A stretch of 64,000 bases of DNA from Antedon mediterranea (Eukaryota; Animalia; Echinodermata). The stretch lies in assembly GCF_964355755.1 (NCBI RefSeq), contig NC_092680.1, forward strand, positions 4,340,001 to 4,404,000, written 5' to 3'. How positions within the stretch are numbered: the first letter of the stretch is position 1; every line of letters begins with the position of its first letter. The position numbers and the translations under genes were made by a program. The notes below the pieces were generated by a model. That model saw only the letters and a list, made by a program, of their open reading frames with translations, ran no database searches and was not told where the DNA came from. Below are positions 60,473-64,000 of this stretch, in pieces.

Positions 60473-63400
60473 AGTTATATTGATTGATTGATTATTATTG
60501 CTATTTTTCTACCACAATGACATTTTCTCTCCTAAAATCTACCTTCTCCTTCCTAAATGGAATAGTCTAGTCTCATCTTCTCTACTTTACATTTATGTTT
60601 AATTGATATTTAAAAATAAATGATGACAGACTGCAGTTACAATTTTGAAGAACCTCATAAATTCTAGATGTGTCGTGTTACATGAATCGAAATACATTGC
60701 GAATGTTATGTAATCAGTACATACGGAGTCTTTTTGGCACATATGGCGTTTTACACGTATACTATACATGAGCCTGAATCAGGCCTCGAGATAATCACAG
60801 ACTTTGGGCAAGTCTAGTTATGTACGTACCATAAAGTTTCACCATCATTATATGGTTACTATACTGTAATTGTATTTAAATTTTCGTCGAATATTGCGTA
60901 TTGGCATGTTAAATACATGGCTATACGTCACGTGCGCTAATGCAGTTTCAAAATGTAGTTTAGAGAACCCCCGGCTGTAAACCATTTTAGGATCATATAC
61001 CGTTAGGCTAGCGGTGAACACATGACTCAGTGGCCTGCTTTTTGCCTAGGGATTCTAGCTAGAGACGTCCTAAAGTCTATAGAATTGTTGATGTCGATGC
61101 TCCGCATTTTATTTTTTTGATTTTATTTGAGCTTCTCAGATTTGAACCGATTAGTTCAAATGTTATTTTTGATTATGATTGTTGCGATATTCTACATTAT
61201 AGGCCTATATTAATGTTCTCCAACGTCAAACAACGTCACGAGGACACCCGTGCTATTAATAAACTCGCACTAATTATAAACCTATAAACGAACATTATTT
61301 ATAGTTTAAACTATTAATATACAGTAATACATTACGATGAAAATAACATTTTCCCCTGAGGGTGGCATATCTGTCTTAGTTTAGAGCTGTACAAACAAAT
61401 ACAATCTCAATTTCACTCTTCAGAATCTTAATTAATTTTGACCTTTTCATTTATAATTAGATAAACTATTTCATCTCTACGTTGCGAAAAGTTAGACCTA
61501 ATCACATCGACGATGTTGAAACTACCACGATTAATGTAAATTAATTGATATTTACCTACTATACGCAATAAAGTGCTTGAAAACTAAACACATTAATATT
61601 TGGCCAGCAATGCTATTGTGTCTCTGAGGTCTGATGCGTGTATTTTCCCATCATATCAATGTATCTTTAGTGTTTAGTTATTCTTCTTCTCAAATGTCGA
61701 TATAACGTGACGTATCTGTGCGCTTATGGCAAAATAATTAGCACTATCATTTGATTATGCTTACTTTATTTAATTTTTGTCACAAGCTTCGAAGAAAATG
61801 AACTTTTAATGTTATAATTATAAAAATGACACGTAGTAATGTACAACTTAATAAATATAGGATGGAAATTAAATATCAAAGAAGAAAATATAATAGTTTG
61901 TTTACTATTGTACTTAGCCTAAATTATTAACCATTTCTCAGCATGTTTAAACTCTTAATGTCTGGGAATTTGAAATGATCTATAGCATGGTTCTACGGTA
62001 CATTTTTGTATACGGGTAACATTCAAGATCAAAATAATGATATTGTTCCACTTTAAAATGGAAATTCGTCGTTTTGCTTGGCATAATTAAGACAATAAAA
62101 CAACAAAGACAAATACATCAAATTGCAAAAGGCAATTAAGAAGATTATTAATTATAAGACGTTACCTTAGAGTATAATTATAGGACGTTACCTTAGAGTA
62201 TGTACCCCAGTTGTCAATACATGATAATACTATAGTATTTTACTAGTATTTCCTTGGTATAAACGTAACCACCAAATAAGGTAAAGCATATAGAACTTGT
62301 TCTTCATGAAATGTCACACAGTCAAAATAGTTTATATCATCATGCAGTTCTTTCTATACAGTCAACTGTGCATGTATTTAATGTATATAAATATCAGGCG
62401 ATTCGCTTCAATCAATTTAAATAAATCATATTCTTTGCTAATTGTTGTTTCTCTCGACAACTCATTCTATATAGTTACTATATATAGCACGAGCAACCAT
62501 TGACTCCAGTACTTTCGATGCCACTAAATAAACCTTTAGTCAAATTGATATTTTTCATAGTTAGTGTACAGTATATTAAATCATCTAATGCAATGACCAT
62601 CATTCAGTCCTTTGGCTATGTTGAACCTACATTCGATTCTCTGTACTGTTATTACTCAATTATCGAAATATTCCGTAATACAACATCACATGTGTCCCAC
62701 ACGTGTCTTCTAGTATCATAGCCCATAATCTGACCCTTAACAAACCCTTATATGATGCAGACACCACTGTGATACATATTAGATACTGTTTTATTACGAA
62801 ATGTTCGTAATACATACTAATTTCATTCCACAAAATTATCGTATGTGGGGATGCAGCACTGATATGAGAATCAGCTCTTTGTACATGCGAAACAACTACG
62901 AATTCTAATGTATTGAATAATAGGGTTGTGTATATATACATTACACATGACATGCAGTCATGCAGAGCCCCTTGAGACAATATCGTACTCGTTTCGTTAT
63001 GATCTTGTACGTTGCTGCGTAATGTGCACGTAATACGCATTTGTATTGCATTGCGGGAGTGACAGCTTAACGTCCCGTCCGAAGGACGAAACAATGGTAA
63101 ATCTAGTAGTATACTAGTTACTCTAGTATAAGGAAGTCATGTATTTTCGCATTCCAGTCAACTATTTACTATACTGACAAGCATATTGACAATCAGTGTA
63201 ATATTGTGCGCTGTGAGCACAGTTATTGTTAATACTATTTGAATGTTCCTGTGGGTATTGTGATATACATCATGAATGTGTGTCCGCTACGTTGTTGCTG
63301 CTGATGGAGAATCGAATGCGTATTATGGCGTTAGTGCACGGGAAATAGATTTTTAAATCAAACTAGTTTCAAGACATAATTTTGTATGTAATGCCAGGTA

Positions 63401-64000
63401 ACAGTGGAGAGTGGATCACTCTTCCCTGGTAATGCAGTCTTTGGAGCCTAAACAATAACAATCAATGATAGGACATTTTGAAGAAGCCTAATTTACATAA
63501 TTAAAATGGGGGTCGTTTGTAAACGTAAGACAACCCTAATTCTTGCAATTAGTTTCCAAAAACAAAATTGTCTTTAAGTCCGGTAGATCGTATTATTTAA
63601 GGCATTGCCGAAATCATTAATACAATTTTGACTGTCATGAAATGGAAAGTTTCATATTTGGTAATAAACGATGGCTGTGTACAGTTGAGGAGAGATGATG
63701 TGGTGTGCGTGGGGCACATTTACCAATATGTACTATTCATTTTAGACGATAAACAAAATTATGATAGATAGCAACAACAATTTGTTGTATACTTTTCATT
63801 ATTACGAAATATACTTTTTAGAAAGGATGGCATTAGTATAGTAATTGGTTTGACACAAATTCCTGTAATAATTCAATAGTCAAAACCGCTATAATTTTCC
63901 TCATGTAAAGGTATGTCATATATTAGTAACCTCTATATAGTCTTTAACTCAATTCTGTCGAAATTAGTAATTACTATTATTCATATTATTTTAGAAGTTT

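Noticed and set aside
47763-64000. Protein-coding genes among the 60-144-aa ORFs
   Set aside because: Low-complexity AT-rich translations with no recognisable domains or consistent splice chain; small exons cannot be excluded

Overview
AT-rich, intron-containing animal genomic DNA, probably a marine invertebrate such as an echinoderm (inferred from gene content and repeat types). It holds two convergent host genes: the last five coding exons of eIF3i (+, 1-6927) and a four-coding-exon class A neuropeptide-type GPCR resembling trissin receptors (-, 39279-30286, about 503 aa). About 1.3 kb upstream of the GPCR's first coding exon lies an apparently intact 7.07-kb Ngaro-type tyrosine-recombinase retrotransposon (-, 40695-47762) with identical split direct repeats (A1...B1A2-B2). 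It encodes Gag, RT/RNase H and YR plus a free-standing SGNH hydrolase as its FIRST ORF. It also carries two internal arrays: a ~115-bp tandem array with AP-1-type sites between SGNH and gag, and a 15-hairpin bulged stem-loop array in the 3' UTR. The remainder is intronic/intergenic DNA with many non-autonomous DNA transposons (two Harbinger-like MITE families, Kolobok-like and Tigger-like elements, a deleted Zator), SINE relics, a long hairpin with regularly placed tandem GA mismatches, and a strongly over-represented TAGGCCTA palindrome. All family assignments are by motif recognition, not database search.
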